Assembly: GCA_030622125.1 (NCBI GenBank)
Contig: JAUXGM010000033.1
Coordinates: 1-17,336, forward strand
Reading direction: 5' to 3'
Origin: a bacterium
GTDB taxonomy: Bacteria > AUK180
DNA length: 17,336 bases
How positions within the stretch are numbered: the first letter of the stretch is position 1; every line of letters starts with the position of its first letter. Shown in pieces: positions 7,531-16,576 of the stretch. Made by a program: the position numbers and the translations under genes. The notes under the pieces were generated by a model, which saw nothing but the letters and a program-made list of their open reading frames with translations, was not told the origin of the DNA and ran no database searches.

Positions 7531-7606
7531 TGGTACCCTGGAGAGGATTTGAACCTCCGACCCATGGATTAGGAATCCATTGCTCTATCCTCTGAGCTAC
7601 CAGGGC
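7531..7606 (-). tRNA. tRNA-Arg (anticodon CCU).
   Basis: 76-nt minus-strand sequence GCCCTGGTAGCTCAGAGGATAGAGCAATGGATTCCTAATCCATGGGTCGGAGGTTCAAATCCTCTCCAGGGTACCA. Cloverleaf with 7-bp acceptor (G1-U72 wobble), GCTC/GAGC D-stem, ATGGA/TCCAT anticodon stem, loop TTCCTAA (anticodon CCT), T-loop TTCAAAT, encoded CCA. Confidence 0.9.
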
Positions 7607-7616
7607 TCTTTTTATT

Positions 7617-7644
7617 ATTATATCAAATTAAAAAAAATAGTCAA
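7617..7644 (-). promoter_or_regulatory. Sigma70-type promoter for tRNA-Arg.
   Basis: Minus strand: TTGACT (7644-7639), 16-nt spacer, TATAAT (7622-7617), with the tRNA 5' end 10 nt downstream. Confidence 0.55.
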
Positions 7645-7656
7645 CATCTTTCGGTT

Positions 7657-8673
7657 TTAAAATAATCTCGGCGGATCTTTGCCGGGATTGTATCCCAAAT
7701 ATCTCAAAGCTTCACGGGTGATGACCCGTCCCCTTTGCGTTCTTTTTATAAATCCGATCTGAATCAAATATGGTTCATATATATCTTCTAATGTCTCCTT
7801 TGCTTCCGAAAGAGCAATGGCAAGTGTAGATAATCCCACAGGACCGCCATTATATTTCTCTGCAATGATCCTCAAAAGCCGCTTATCAATATTGTCAAGC
7901 CCCTTCTCATCTATCTTTAATTTTTCAAGTGAAAATATGGTAATATCAAAATCAATAATTCCCTTACCTTTTACCTGTGCATAATCCCTTACTCTCTTTA
8001 AGAGACGAATAGCAATTCTTGGTGTGCCTCTTGATCTTTTTGCGATTTCTTTTGCCGCATCATCTGTTATTTCAATATTTAAAACCTTTGAATCCCTAAT
8101 AATGATCTTTGCAAGGTCTTCATAGTTATAAAATTCCAATCGGTTTATTATCCCGAATCTGTCTCTTAAAGGCGAGGTCAGCATTCCCGCCCTTGTTGTA
8201 GCACCGATCAGGGTAAAATGCGGAACATCCAATCTGATCGTCTTTGCCGAAGGACCTTGTCCAATTATAATATCAAGTGCAAAATCCTCCATTGCAGGAT
8301 AAAGTGTCTCCTCAACCGATCTATTCAATCTATGTATCTCATCTATTAAGAGTATGTCCTTTTCCTCTAAATTTGAAAGTATCGATGCAATATCTTTTTT
8401 TCTTTCAAGGGCGGGACCGGTTGTTATGTGAATATTGACACCAAGCTCCTGAGCCATTATATAGGCAATTGTGGTTTTACCAAGTCCCGGCGGACCATAG
8501 AGAAGTATATGATCAAGGTGTTCATCACGTTCCTTTGTTGCCTGAATAGCAACCTTGAGTTGTTCAACAACATCCTTTTGCCCGACAAATTCCGTTAATT
8601 TTTTGGGCCTTAATGTTTTTTCGATCTCTTCTTCACCATTAAATTGAGAAGGCATATTGATATCATTATTCAT
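7657..8673 (-). CDS. ruvB: Holliday junction branch-migration ATPase RuvB.
   Basis: [12 protein letters not shown], Walker [10 protein letters not shown], Walker [11 protein letters not shown]-terminal winged-helix region. 338 aa. Overlaps ruvA by 8 nt. Confidence 0.95.
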   Translation of the reverse strand: MNNDINMPSQFNGEEEIEKTLRPKKLTEFVGQKDVVEQLKVAIQATKERDEHLDHILLYGPPGLGKTTIAYIMAQELGVNIHITTGPALERKKDIASILSNLEEKDILLIDEIHRLNRSVEETLYPAMEDFALDIIIGQGPSAKTIRLDVPHFTLIGATTRAGMLTSPLRDRFGIINRLEFYNYEDLAKIIIRDSKVLNIEITDDAAKEIAKRSRGTPRIAIRLLKRVRDYAQVKGKGIIDFDITIFSLEKLKIDEKGLDNIDKRLLRIIAEKYNGGPVGLSTLAIALSEAKETLEDIYEPYLIQIGFIKRTQRGRVITREALRYLGYNPGKDPPRLF

Positions 8674-9241
8674 TTTTTAACACCTTTTTTATGATCTCTT
8701 TTGCGGATAAATCAGGGAATTTTTTTTCAATTTCGGATAATTTTTTATCAATGTAACTTTTTTCAAAACCCATTGAAAGAAGTCCGGTTTCAGCATCTTC
8801 ATATTCACCGGAAACCAAAACCGGTGTTTCACCTTGAATTGAAACAAATTTTCCACTAAGTTCAAGTATGATCCGCCCCGCACTCTTTTTACCGATCCCC
8901 GAAACATGTGAAAGGGCTTCAATATCCTCATTTTGAACAATTGTAAGTAACTTTTCAAATGTGAATGTATCCAGTATTGAAAGTGCGGTTTTCGGTCCGA
9001 CTGAATTTATTCCGATAAGCACCTTAAATGCCTCTTTTTCTTGCTCGGATAAAAATCCATAAAGACTCATTCCATCTTCTTTTACTTTAAGGTATGTATA
9101 AATAAAGTAGTTTTTTGAGATATCCAATTTTCTTATATTTCTTATTGTAGAAAAAATACCGAATGTAATTCCCGATATTGTTTTTATAGTAATTTTATTT
9201 TGGCTTTTTTTTATTATCTGTCCTTCAACACCTTCTATCAT
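8666..9241 (-). CDS. ruvA: Holliday junction DNA-binding protein RuvA.
   Basis: MIEGVEGQI... matches the RuvA N-terminus. LYGF motif, and helix-hairpin-helix pairs ([14 protein letters not shown] and [15 protein letters not shown]). I place the start at the second Met (9241), where ATG overlaps the ruvC TGA in an ATGA junction. The ORF track's longer start (9277) adds 12 non-conserved residues. Confidence 0.88.
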   Translation of the reverse strand: MIEGVEGQIIKKSQNKITIKTISGITFGIFSTIRNIRKLDISKNYFIYTYLKVKEDGMSLYGFLSEQEKEAFKVLIGINSVGPKTALSILDTFTFEKLLTIVQNEDIEALSHVSGIGKKSAGRIILELSGKFVSIQGETPVLVSGEYEDAETGLLSMGFEKSYIDKKLSEIEKKFPDLSAKEIIKKVLKNE

Positions 9242-9723
9242 TTTAATATCCTTATTTTTCTTGAATAAATATGACAAAGGGCTGCTGCTATGGCATCTGC
9301 TGCATCATCGGGACTCGGAATTTCATCCAACCTTAAAATTCTCTTTACCATTTTTTGAACCTGTTTTTTATCTGCTCGCCCATAACCGGTAACGGAAATC
9401 TTTATCTCGTTGGGATTGTAATTGAATATCTTTACATTAGCCATTGCAGCGGTAAGAAGAACTACTCCTCTTGCTTGTCCAACTTGAAATGCGGTTTTTT
9501 GATTATTGGTAAAATACAAACTTTCAACTCCCAACTCATCCGGTTTATAGATTTTTATAAGTTCCTTTAATCTATTATGTATTATCAGTAATCGTTCAGC
9601 ATCTTTTAATTTTTTATCAGTTTCAATTACACCATAATTCAATAGTTTCAGATTGCTGCCTTTCTTTTCAATGAATGAATAACCTAATAGGGCAATTCCG
9701 GGATCAATACCGAGAACTATCAT
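9238..9723 (-). CDS. ruvC: Crossover junction endodeoxyribonuclease RuvC.
   Basis: MIVLGIDPGIALLGYSF, a catalytic-acid-containing RNase-H-like fold (GIDPG ... PDDAADAIAAALCH), 161 aa. Start ATG overlaps the upstream stop as ATGA. Confidence 0.93.
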   Translation of the reverse strand: MIVLGIDPGIALLGYSFIEKKGSNLKLLNYGVIETDKKLKDAERLLIIHNRLKELIKIYKPDELGVESLYFTNNQKTAFQVGQARGVVLLTAAMANVKIFNYNPNEIKISVTGYGRADKKQVQKMVKRILRLDEIPSPDDAADAIAAALCHIYSRKIRILK

Positions 9724-11795
9724 TCCTTTTCGCTTTCCTTTTTCCTAACTTCAATGATCTTCTTTGAGATATTTTGTGGTACCGGTTCATAATGAGAAAA
9801 TTTCATGGTATAAAATCCTCTACCTCCGGTCATACTTTTCAATGTATTCAGATATGTAAACATCTCTGCCAAAGGAACACTTGCCTTAACAACAATCTTG
9901 TGCCCTTTTCTCTGATCAGTTCCTTGGATCTTTCCCCTGCGTCCGGAAAGATCACCCATTATATCTCCCTGATTTTCTTCGGGAACTATTATCTCAAAAT
10001 CATATATGGGTTCAAGAAGGATCATCTTGGCACTTTTGCATGCTTCTTTAAAACCGAGTGATCCTGCAATCTGAAACGCCATATCGGAAGAATCAACGGA
10101 ATGATAGGAACCGTCAAAAAGCGTTACTTTTATATTGACAATCGGAAATTCTGCAAGAACACCTTTCTCCATAGCACCCTTAACACCTTTCTCTACAGAA
10201 GGAATATAATTTCTTGGTATCGAACCACCGACAATAGCATTTACAAATTCATAGCCCTCCGGATTAGGTTCAACGCGGAGGTAAGTGTCGCCGAATTGGC
10301 CATGTCCACCTGTTTGTTTCTTATATCGTCCCCTCGCTTCCGCTTTTATTGTTATCGTTTCTCTGAATGGAACCTGTGGAGTTGCCGTATCAACCTCAAC
10401 ACCGAATTTTGTTTTGACCTTTTCAAGAATCATATTGAGATGTGAATCACCCATTCCGGAAAGAATGAATTCACCAAATTCTTTATCCATATAGGAATTA
10501 AATGAAGGATCCTCCCTGTTCAACTTTTGTAATGCAATTGATATCTTTTCCTGGTCATCTTTTGACTTCGGTTGTATTGCTATTGAATATATCGGTTCGG
10601 GATATTCCATTGTTTTCACTATAATACAATCCTCTTTCGTTGAGATTGCATCTTTCGTTTCTGTAACTTTCAATTTTACAAATGAAGCGATATCACCTGC
10701 CGATACACCCGGCACCTCTCTTTTTTTATCTCCCAATATCCAATATATCTGCCCTGCCTTTTCTAACTTTTCCTTTGTAACATTATAAAATTCACCGCTT
10801 GAGTCAATTTTTCCGGATGTTATTTTTATATTGATAATATCTCCAAGATGTTGATCCGATATTGTTTTAAAAACAAAACCGGAAAGGGGTTCATTTTCAT
10901 TTCTTTTTAACTTGTGATCCTTATCTTGCATCTTTACCGCCATTTCTCCAAGCTCATTATATTTTGGAAAATAATTAGAAATAATATCCGCAGCAACATT
11001 CACACCTGCGTTTTTTGTAGCAGATGTAGTGAAGAGCGGTCTAAACTTTTCATTGATCATTCCAAGTTTTAAACCCTTCTTAATATCTTCCTGATCAAGT
11101 TCCATAGTTTCAAGATACTTTTCGGTTAATTCATCGGATGCTTCTGCAATTGCTTCAACCATTCTTTCGTGGAATTTAGATGCCATTTCTTTGTATTCAT
11201 CCGGTATTTCCGTAATTTCAGGTTTTCCGCTTGCATCCTTGTATATGTATGCTTTTTGATCAAGCAAGTTGATTATACCTTTAAAGTTCCCTTTTTCTCC
11301 CATTGGTAATGTAATCGGAGCAATACCAAGGGATGAATATACACTGATATCCTCAAAGGCTTTGTTGAATTCCGAATTTTCCTTATCCACACCATTGATG
11401 ATAAAAAATGACGGTACCTTCATCTCATCTATTAATTCAACTGCTTTTTCAAGCCCGACCTCTATTGCCGATCCCGGATTTACAAAAAGTGCTGCAATAT
11501 CCGTAGCATATAATCCCGATATAATTTCGCCCTGAAAATCCAAAAAACCGGGAGCATCCAATATTTGGATCTTTGTGTCATTATGCTCCACATACCCAAT
11601 TCCAAGATTAACGGACTGATTTTTTGTTTTTTCTTCCGCTCCGAAGTCAAGCAATGTATTACCTTCCGATATCTTTCCGATCCTTGTGGTTAATCCTCCA
11701 TTAAAAAACATTGCTTCGGCAAAAGATGTTTTGCCGCTGCTATTGTGTCCGAATAAACCTATTGTTATTTTCTTATCTGATGTGTAGGTTTTCAC
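9720..11795 (-). CDS. Elongation factor G-family protein (EF-G paralog, 691 aa) with degenerate GTPase motifs.
   Basis: Full five-domain EF-G architecture (domain IV/V signatures KKQTGGHGQFGDTYLRVEP, FVNAIVGGSIPRNYIPSVEKG, FDGSYHSVDSSDMAFQIAGS, LLEPIYDFEIIVPEE). G1 is GHNSSGKTS (canonical AHIDAGKTT), G3 is DAPGF (canonical DTPGH, so the catalytic His is replaced by Phe), G4 is NGVD (canonical NKMD). Confidence 0.9.
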   Translation of the reverse strand: MKTYTSDKKITIGLFGHNSSGKTSFAEAMFFNGGLTTRIGKISEGNTLLDFGAEEKTKNQSVNLGIGYVEHNDTKIQILDAPGFLDFQGEIISGLYATDIAALFVNPGSAIEVGLEKAVELIDEMKVPSFFIINGVDKENSEFNKAFEDISVYSSLGIAPITLPMGEKGNFKGIINLLDQKAYIYKDASGKPEITEIPDEYKEMASKFHERMVEAIAEASDELTEKYLETMELDQEDIKKGLKLGMINEKFRPLFTTSATKNAGVNVAADIISNYFPKYNELGEMAVKMQDKDHKLKRNENEPLSGFVFKTISDQHLGDIINIKITSGKIDSSGEFYNVTKEKLEKAGQIYWILGDKKREVPGVSAGDIASFVKLKVTETKDAISTKEDCIIVKTMEYPEPIYSIAIQPKSKDDQEKISIALQKLNREDPSFNSYMDKEFGEFILSGMGDSHLNMILEKVKTKFGVEVDTATPQVPFRETITIKAEARGRYKKQTGGHGQFGDTYLRVEPNPEGYEFVNAIVGGSIPRNYIPSVEKGVKGAMEKGVLAEFPIVNIKVTLFDGSYHSVDSSDMAFQIAGSLGFKEACKSAKMILLEPIYDFEIIVPEENQGDIMGDLSGRRGKIQGTDQRKGHKIVVKASVPLAEMFTYLNTLKSMTGGRGFYTMKFSHYEPVPQNISKKIIEVRKKESEKE

Positions 11796-11797
11796 TT

Positions 11798-12541
11798 TTA
11801 TTCCTCCTCATAAGTTATATTATCTGGTATATCCAAATTGGAAAATATATTGGAAACATCTTCTAATTCATCTAAAATATTTAACAATTTTAATAATCTT
11901 TTTGTTTGATCGTCTTCTAATTTTATAGGATTTTGGGCTATATAGGTGATCTCTGAACTATCCGGCAAAACATTCTTTTTTCTAAGGGTATCGGATATAA
12001 TAAAAAGGTCCTTATAATCGCATGTAATATAGTATCCTTCATCTTCTGTTTTCATATCCTCGGCACCAACTTCTATAATAAGCTCCATCAGATCATTCTC
12101 TGAAATCAGTTCTTTTTTTACAAATATTTCTCCCTTTTTATCGAAATTCCAGATGACACAGCCAGGTTCGTCAAGCTTTCCACCATACTTTGATAGGGTG
12201 TGTCTTACATCCGCTGTTGTTCTATTTTTATTATCTGATATCGTTCTAATGAGAAGTGCGATCCCAAACGGTGCTCTTCCTTCATAGATATGTTCTTCAT
12301 AGACAACACCCGGAAGTTCGCCTGTTCCCTTTTTAATTGCCTTGTCAATATTGTCTTTCGGCATATTTGCTGCTTTCGCTTTGTCGATTGCAGATCTTAA
12401 AGCCGGATTCATATCGGCATCGCCGCTATTTTTTGCTGCAATAGTAATTTCTTTTGCGATCTTTGTAAAAATTTGTCCTCTTTTTGCGTCTGCAACACCT
12501 TTTTTTCGCTTAATGCTACTCCATTTACTATGACCGGACAT
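11798..12541 (-). CDS. yebC: YebC/PmpR-family transcriptional regulatory protein (TACO1-like).
   Basis: MSGHSKWSSIKRKKGVADAKRGQIFTKIAKEI... is the classic YebC N-terminus. 247 aa. 2-nt gap to the downstream EF-G-like gene. Confidence 0.93.
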   Translation of the reverse strand: MSGHSKWSSIKRKKGVADAKRGQIFTKIAKEITIAAKNSGDADMNPALRSAIDKAKAANMPKDNIDKAIKKGTGELPGVVYEEHIYEGRAPFGIALLIRTISDNKNRTTADVRHTLSKYGGKLDEPGCVIWNFDKKGEIFVKKELISENDLMELIIEVGAEDMKTEDEGYYITCDYKDLFIISDTLRKKNVLPDSSEITYIAQNPIKLEDDQTKRLLKLLNILDELEDVSNIFSNLDIPDNITYEEE

Positions 12542-12570
12542 AACTGCTCCTAATTTACTTTAATTTATTA

Positions 12571-12599
12571 TTATAACAAATTTTAATTTTTATTTCAAA
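12571..12599 (-). promoter_or_regulatory. Sigma70-type promoter for the operon of yebC, the EF-G-like gene, ruvC, ruvA and ruvB.
   Basis: Minus strand: TTGAAA (12599-12594), 17-nt spacer, TATAAT (12576-12571). AGGAG Shine-Dalgarno at 12552-12548 lies 6 nt before the yebC ATG. Confidence 0.55.
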
Positions 12600-12616
12600 T
12601 GGAAAATGAGAGAACT

Positions 12617-14794
12617 TCATTCAAACATTTCAAGCTGTTTCTTTAGAAGTTTCTTTTCTCCTTCCTTTTCGTTAATCTCCAGTATCTTACCTTTATAATT
12701 TATTATTATGTTATTGGAAAGTGAAAAATACTTGACAAGATCGGGGTATTTATCTAAAAGCTGAAAATATCCATCCGAGAATGTCTGAACTTTTAGATCT
12801 GTCTTCTGACCTTTTTTTATATCAAGTGTGTTCCAGACATTACCTTTTTTTACAAAGCTCTGTTGAGCAATATTTGAAAGGGTATCAATAATTACCTTAG
12901 TCCCCTCTTCGTTGTAATATACATTGGATTGAGCTGTCTGTGCATACTTCATTGTTTTGAGTTTCTTGCTTTGTTTAACGGCATGCCGACCGCTTAATTT
13001 ATCCATAGCAGGCTTCGCTATAGATTCGAACCTGACCCTTGAATCGGCTTTACTTACAGCAATGGAATCCTCTCTTGCCAAAAATGATGTATATTCCGTA
13101 ACTATTCCATACTTCTTTGAAAGTCTAATGATCTCATCAATAAGTTCCTGATCATTATTAAGTCGCACCTGTTCGGTTAGATAACCTATCTTTCTTGCTG
13201 CCCAGATATAGGCAATCGTTGGAGAATGGCTATTCTCAATCGGGAAATCAACCTTTTTTTTATAAACGATCTTATCCCTTCCAATAATGCCTCTCAAAAT
13301 GATGTCTGCATTTCCATTCCTTTTATATCTTCCTGCAATAACAAGTTGGCTCCCTGAAAAAAGGTCTGGAAGCTCCTTTGGAAATACATCATAAATATCT
13401 ATACCTGAAACGGAAAATTTAAGTTCTGCAAGAAATGGATTTTGTATCTTTGAATAGAAATTTGATATCTTTATTTCAATATCTTCCTCAGGTTCTATAT
13501 ATTCGGAAAAGCCCTTATTCTTATTTGCGAGTTTATCTAAAAAATGGGTATTCACATCATAGCCGACACCCCAGACAAAAAGTTTTGTATTTGTTCGATT
13601 CTTTTTCGCCACATTATTAAGTATCTTTATAACATTTGTAGTACCGACGGTTGGAAGTCCATCGGTCAGAAATATGAGATAGTTCCTTGTCTCGCCCTTC
13701 AGGTAAGAAAGTCCCTCCTCAAGAGATGTATAAATATCCGTTCCGCCATTGGCATTGAAATCCTTGATAAATGCTATTGCTTTCTTTACATTTCCGGAAT
13801 TTGCCTTCAAAAGCGTCCTTGAAAGTCTTTCTATGTAATCACTGAAGGCTATTATATTGAAGTTATCTTTTTCATTTAGATGTTCGATACAAAATTTCAA
13901 TCCGGCTTTTGCTTGAACGATCTTCTTCCCGCTCATTGAACCGCTTCTGTCAAAAACAAAAACAATGTTCTTTGGTTGTATATTTTTTTTATCAACCTGG
14001 CTTTTCGGTGCAAATAATGCGGCAAAAAAACCGTCTTCATTACCCTCTTTAAATGTGATCAGATTTATACCGACATCCTTCTTTGAAATCGAGTAATAGA
14101 GTATAAAATCCTTATCCGGGATAATATTGTTTTTTTCAAAGGAAATTCTTGCACTTTTTTCTCCCCTTTCACTAATAGATATATCATGAGTAGTTGAATA
14201 GATGTTCCTTATGGGTTCATTGGATTTGATATTGCATTCAATAAACACCTCTTTTATCTTTTCTTTTCCAAGATTCTCTATCTTAAGGGGATACCTGTAT
14301 CTTAGCAATCCGTTCTCATTATTGAGCATCTCGGTATATTCCATCTCTATTTTCTTATTTTTACCGGCTCCAATTGGAAATATCCTGACTCTGTATGCCT
14401 TTGAATTCATCCATTCCAACAGACCGGGATCTCTCATTCTTCTAACAATATCGGAATATATCCTTCTGGCTTCGGCGGCATCAAGGAGTTCCCCTTTAAG
14501 TTTTTTCCCTTTTTCCCAGATATTGAATTTCGTTATAACCGCCCCTTCGGGTACAGGAAAGATATAATCCCCTTCAAAAATAAAATTATTGGGATTGTGA
14601 AATTCCTGAACCACTTTTGTTGTAACAAGCTGATTATCTACATTTATATACACCTTATGGTAATTTACCGTTAAATGGCGTATAGGCACCGGTCTCGGTC
14701 TCGGTCTTGGGATAGGAATGATATATCCATCGGAAAATACGGACATAAATACAGCAAAAACAAGAACAATAGATAAAAAATTCTTAATTTTCAT
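12617..14794 (-). CDS. Secreted VIT-domain plus von Willebrand factor A (vWA) domain protein.
   Basis: Signal peptide MKIKNFLSIVLVFAVFMSVFS, then a Pro-Arg repeat (PIPRPRPRPVPIRH). VIT-like region (VNYHKVYINVDNQLVTTKVVQEFHNP ... FPVPEGAVITKFNIW). vWA MIDAS motif (VFVFDRSGSMSGKKI ... GGTDIYTSL ... LTDGLPT). Start is set at the internal Met (14794) because AGGAGG lies 5 nt upstream of it, and the promoter -35 would overlap the longer ORF-track start (14854). Confidence 0.85.
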   Translation of the reverse strand: MKIKNFLSIVLVFAVFMSVFSDGYIIPIPRPRPRPVPIRHLTVNYHKVYINVDNQLVTTKVVQEFHNPNNFIFEGDYIFPVPEGAVITKFNIWEKGKKLKGELLDAAEARRIYSDIVRRMRDPGLLEWMNSKAYRVRIFPIGAGKNKKIEMEYTEMLNNENGLLRYRYPLKIENLGKEKIKEVFIECNIKSNEPIRNIYSTTHDISISERGEKSARISFEKNNIIPDKDFILYYSISKKDVGINLITFKEGNEDGFFAALFAPKSQVDKKNIQPKNIVFVFDRSGSMSGKKIVQAKAGLKFCIEHLNEKDNFNIIAFSDYIERLSRTLLKANSGNVKKAIAFIKDFNANGGTDIYTSLEEGLSYLKGETRNYLIFLTDGLPTVGTTNVIKILNNVAKKNRTNTKLFVWGVGYDVNTHFLDKLANKNKGFSEYIEPEEDIEIKISNFYSKIQNPFLAELKFSVSGIDIYDVFPKELPDLFSGSQLVIAGRYKRNGNADIILRGIIGRDKIVYKKKVDFPIENSHSPTIAYIWAARKIGYLTEQVRLNNDQELIDEIIRLSKKYGIVTEYTSFLAREDSIAVSKADSRVRFESIAKPAMDKLSGRHAVKQSKKLKTMKYAQTAQSNVYYNEEGTKVIIDTLSNIAQQSFVKKGNVWNTLDIKKGQKTDLKVQTFSDGYFQLLDKYPDLVKYFSLSNNIIINYKGKILEINEKEGEKKLLKKQLEMFE

Positions 14795-14825
14795 CTTTAC
14801 CTCCTGGTTATCATAACTCAACTTT

Positions 14826-14854
14826 ATTTTACCACTTTTGTATTTTTTTTTCAA
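14826..14854 (-). promoter_or_regulatory. Candidate sigma70-type promoter for the VIT-vWA gene.
   Basis: Minus strand: TTGAAA (14854-14849), 17-nt spacer, TAAAAT (14831-14826), then about 25 nt to the AGGAGG Shine-Dalgarno. Confidence 0.45.
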
Positions 14855-14875
14855 GAAAAATATTTAGAATCTCTC

Positions 14876-14904
14876 TTTACATTTTACAAATATTTTGATA
14901 CAAT
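14876..14904 (+). promoter_or_regulatory. Candidate sigma70-type promoter for ftcD, divergent from the VIT-vWA promoter.
   Basis: TTTACA (14876-14881), 17-nt spacer, TACAAT (14899-14904). AGAGGA Shine-Dalgarno at 14915-14920 lies 6 nt before the ATG at 14927. Confidence 0.45.
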
Positions 14905-14926
14905 AAAAAATTAAAGAGGAGTGACT

Positions 14927-16576
14927 ATGGAAAAGATAGTTGAATGTGTACCAAATTTTTCCGAAGGAATTGATCTTCAAAAGATCGAGGAGATCAAAAA
15001 GGCAATATTATCCGTTAATGATATTGTTCTTCTTGATGTTGATCCGGGAGCAGCAACGAATAGAACGGTAGTAACCTTTGTCGGTCAACCGGAAGCGGTG
15101 GGTGAAGCTGCATTTAGAGCAATAAAAAAAGCGAGTGAGGTTATTGATATGTCAACCCATAAAGGTGAGCACCCGAGAATGGGAGCAACCGATGTTTGTC
15201 CATTTGTACCTGTTGCAAATATGAATATGGATGAAACAGTAGAACTTTCAAGAAAGGTTGCCGAAAGGGTTGGGGAGGAACTGAATATTCCCGTTTTTTT
15301 ATATGAATACTCTGCAATTAAAAAGGAGAACAGATCCCTGGCACACATTCGTGAAGGTGAATATGAAAAAATGGAAGAAAAGTTAAAGAGAGAAGATTTT
15401 AATCCGGATTTCGGACCCAAAAAATTTCATAAGGAAGCGGGAGTGACCGCTATCGGTGCAAGAGAATTCCTTATTGCATACAACCTCAATTTAAATACAA
15501 AAAATGTCAAAATAGCGAACAAAATAGCAAAGGAAATAAGAGAAAAAGGTAAGGTTATAAAACAAAAAGATGGAACAAAAAAACAAGTTCCGGGACTTTT
15601 GAAGTCGGTCAGGGCAGTCGGATGGTATATTGATGAATACGGTATAGCACAGATATCCGTTAACCTTATAAACTACAAGATAACTCCTCTTTGGAAACTT
15701 TTTGAGACAGCGGTAATGGTGGCGGAAAAACATGGAATACGAATTACGGGAAGTGAACTGGTTGGACTTATGCCGCTTCAGGCATTAAAAGAGACGGGTG
15801 AGCATTTTTTACATAAAGCAGGAAATATGAGAGGAATACCTGAAAAGACGGTTCTTGATATTGCCGTAAGATCTCTTGGACTTTCCGAACTTTATCAATT
15901 TAACCTTTCCGATAAGGTAATTGAATATAAAATAGCAAAAAGAGGAATCTTGACCTCATTAAGTCTTAATGATTTTAATAATGAGCTTTCATCTGATTCA
16001 CCTGCACCGGGTGGGGGTTCCGTTGCTGCACTTTCCGGTTCAATATCGGCTTCATTGGTTTCAATGGTAGCAAATCTTACTTTTGGAAAAAAGAAATATC
16101 AAAATGGCTGGAAAAAGGCTGAAGAAATTGGAATGAAGGCACAGAAAATAAAAGACGAAATAATGAAGATCGTTGATAGCGACACCGAACTTTTTAATGA
16201 TTATATGACGGCAAGAAAACTTCCAAAAGGGACACTCGAACAAAAAACATTAAGGAAAGAGAAAATAGAAGAGGCATCAATAAAGATAACAGAATCACCG
16301 TTGGGTCTTCTTAGAAAACTTTCAGAACTCCCAAATATTTTAATAATTATTGCTAAAAAAGGTAATCAGAATTCTATTTCCGATGTTGGCGTTGCCGCTT
16401 CAATGTTGAGAAGTGCAAGTGAGGGTGCCTATCTGAATGTTTTGATAAATCTTCCGTCAATTGAAAACAAAGAACTGCAAAGACAATTCAAAGAGGAAGC
16501 GGAAATACTTTACAAAAAACTTATTACCGCATCAAATAGTGTTTATAGAAAGATATTAAAAAATCTCAAACAATAG
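14927..16576 (+). CDS. ftcD: Bifunctional glutamate formimidoyltransferase / formimidoyltetrahydrofolate cyclodeaminase (FTCD-type; histidine and folate one-carbon metabolism).
   Basis: N-terminus MEKIVECVPNFSEG is the formiminotransferase signature. The C-terminal domain has PAPGGGSVAALSGSISASLVSMVANLTFGKKKY, the cyclodeaminase signature. The ORF track starts at GTG 14921 (MTM...). I prefer ATG 14927 on Shine-Dalgarno spacing. Confidence 0.9.
   Translation: MEKIVECVPNFSEGIDLQKIEEIKKAILSVNDIVLLDVDPGAATNRTVVTFVGQPEAVGEAAFRAIKKASEVIDMSTHKGEHPRMGATDVCPFVPVANMNMDETVELSRKVAERVGEELNIPVFLYEYSAIKKENRSLAHIREGEYEKMEEKLKREDFNPDFGPKKFHKEAGVTAIGAREFLIAYNLNLNTKNVKIANKIAKEIREKGKVIKQKDGTKKQVPGLLKSVRAVGWYIDEYGIAQISVNLINYKITPLWKLFETAVMVAEKHGIRITGSELVGLMPLQALKETGEHFLHKAGNMRGIPEKTVLDIAVRSLGLSELYQFNLSDKVIEYKIAKRGILTSLSLNDFNNELSSDSPAPGGGSVAALSGSISASLVSMVANLTFGKKKYQNGWKKAEEIGMKAQKIKDEIMKIVDSDTELFNDYMTARKLPKGTLEQKTLRKEKIEEASIKITESPLGLLRKLSELPNILIIIAKKGNQNSISDVGVAASMLRSASEGAYLNVLINLPSIENKELQRQFKEEAEILYKKLITASNSVYRKILKNLKQ

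Noticed and set aside
8666-9277. Longer ruvA start ([19 protein letters not shown]...) from the ORF track.
   Set aside because: The conserved RuvA N-terminus begins at the internal MIEGVEG. That ATG forms an ATGA overlap with the ruvC stop, matching the coupling pattern used throughout this operon.
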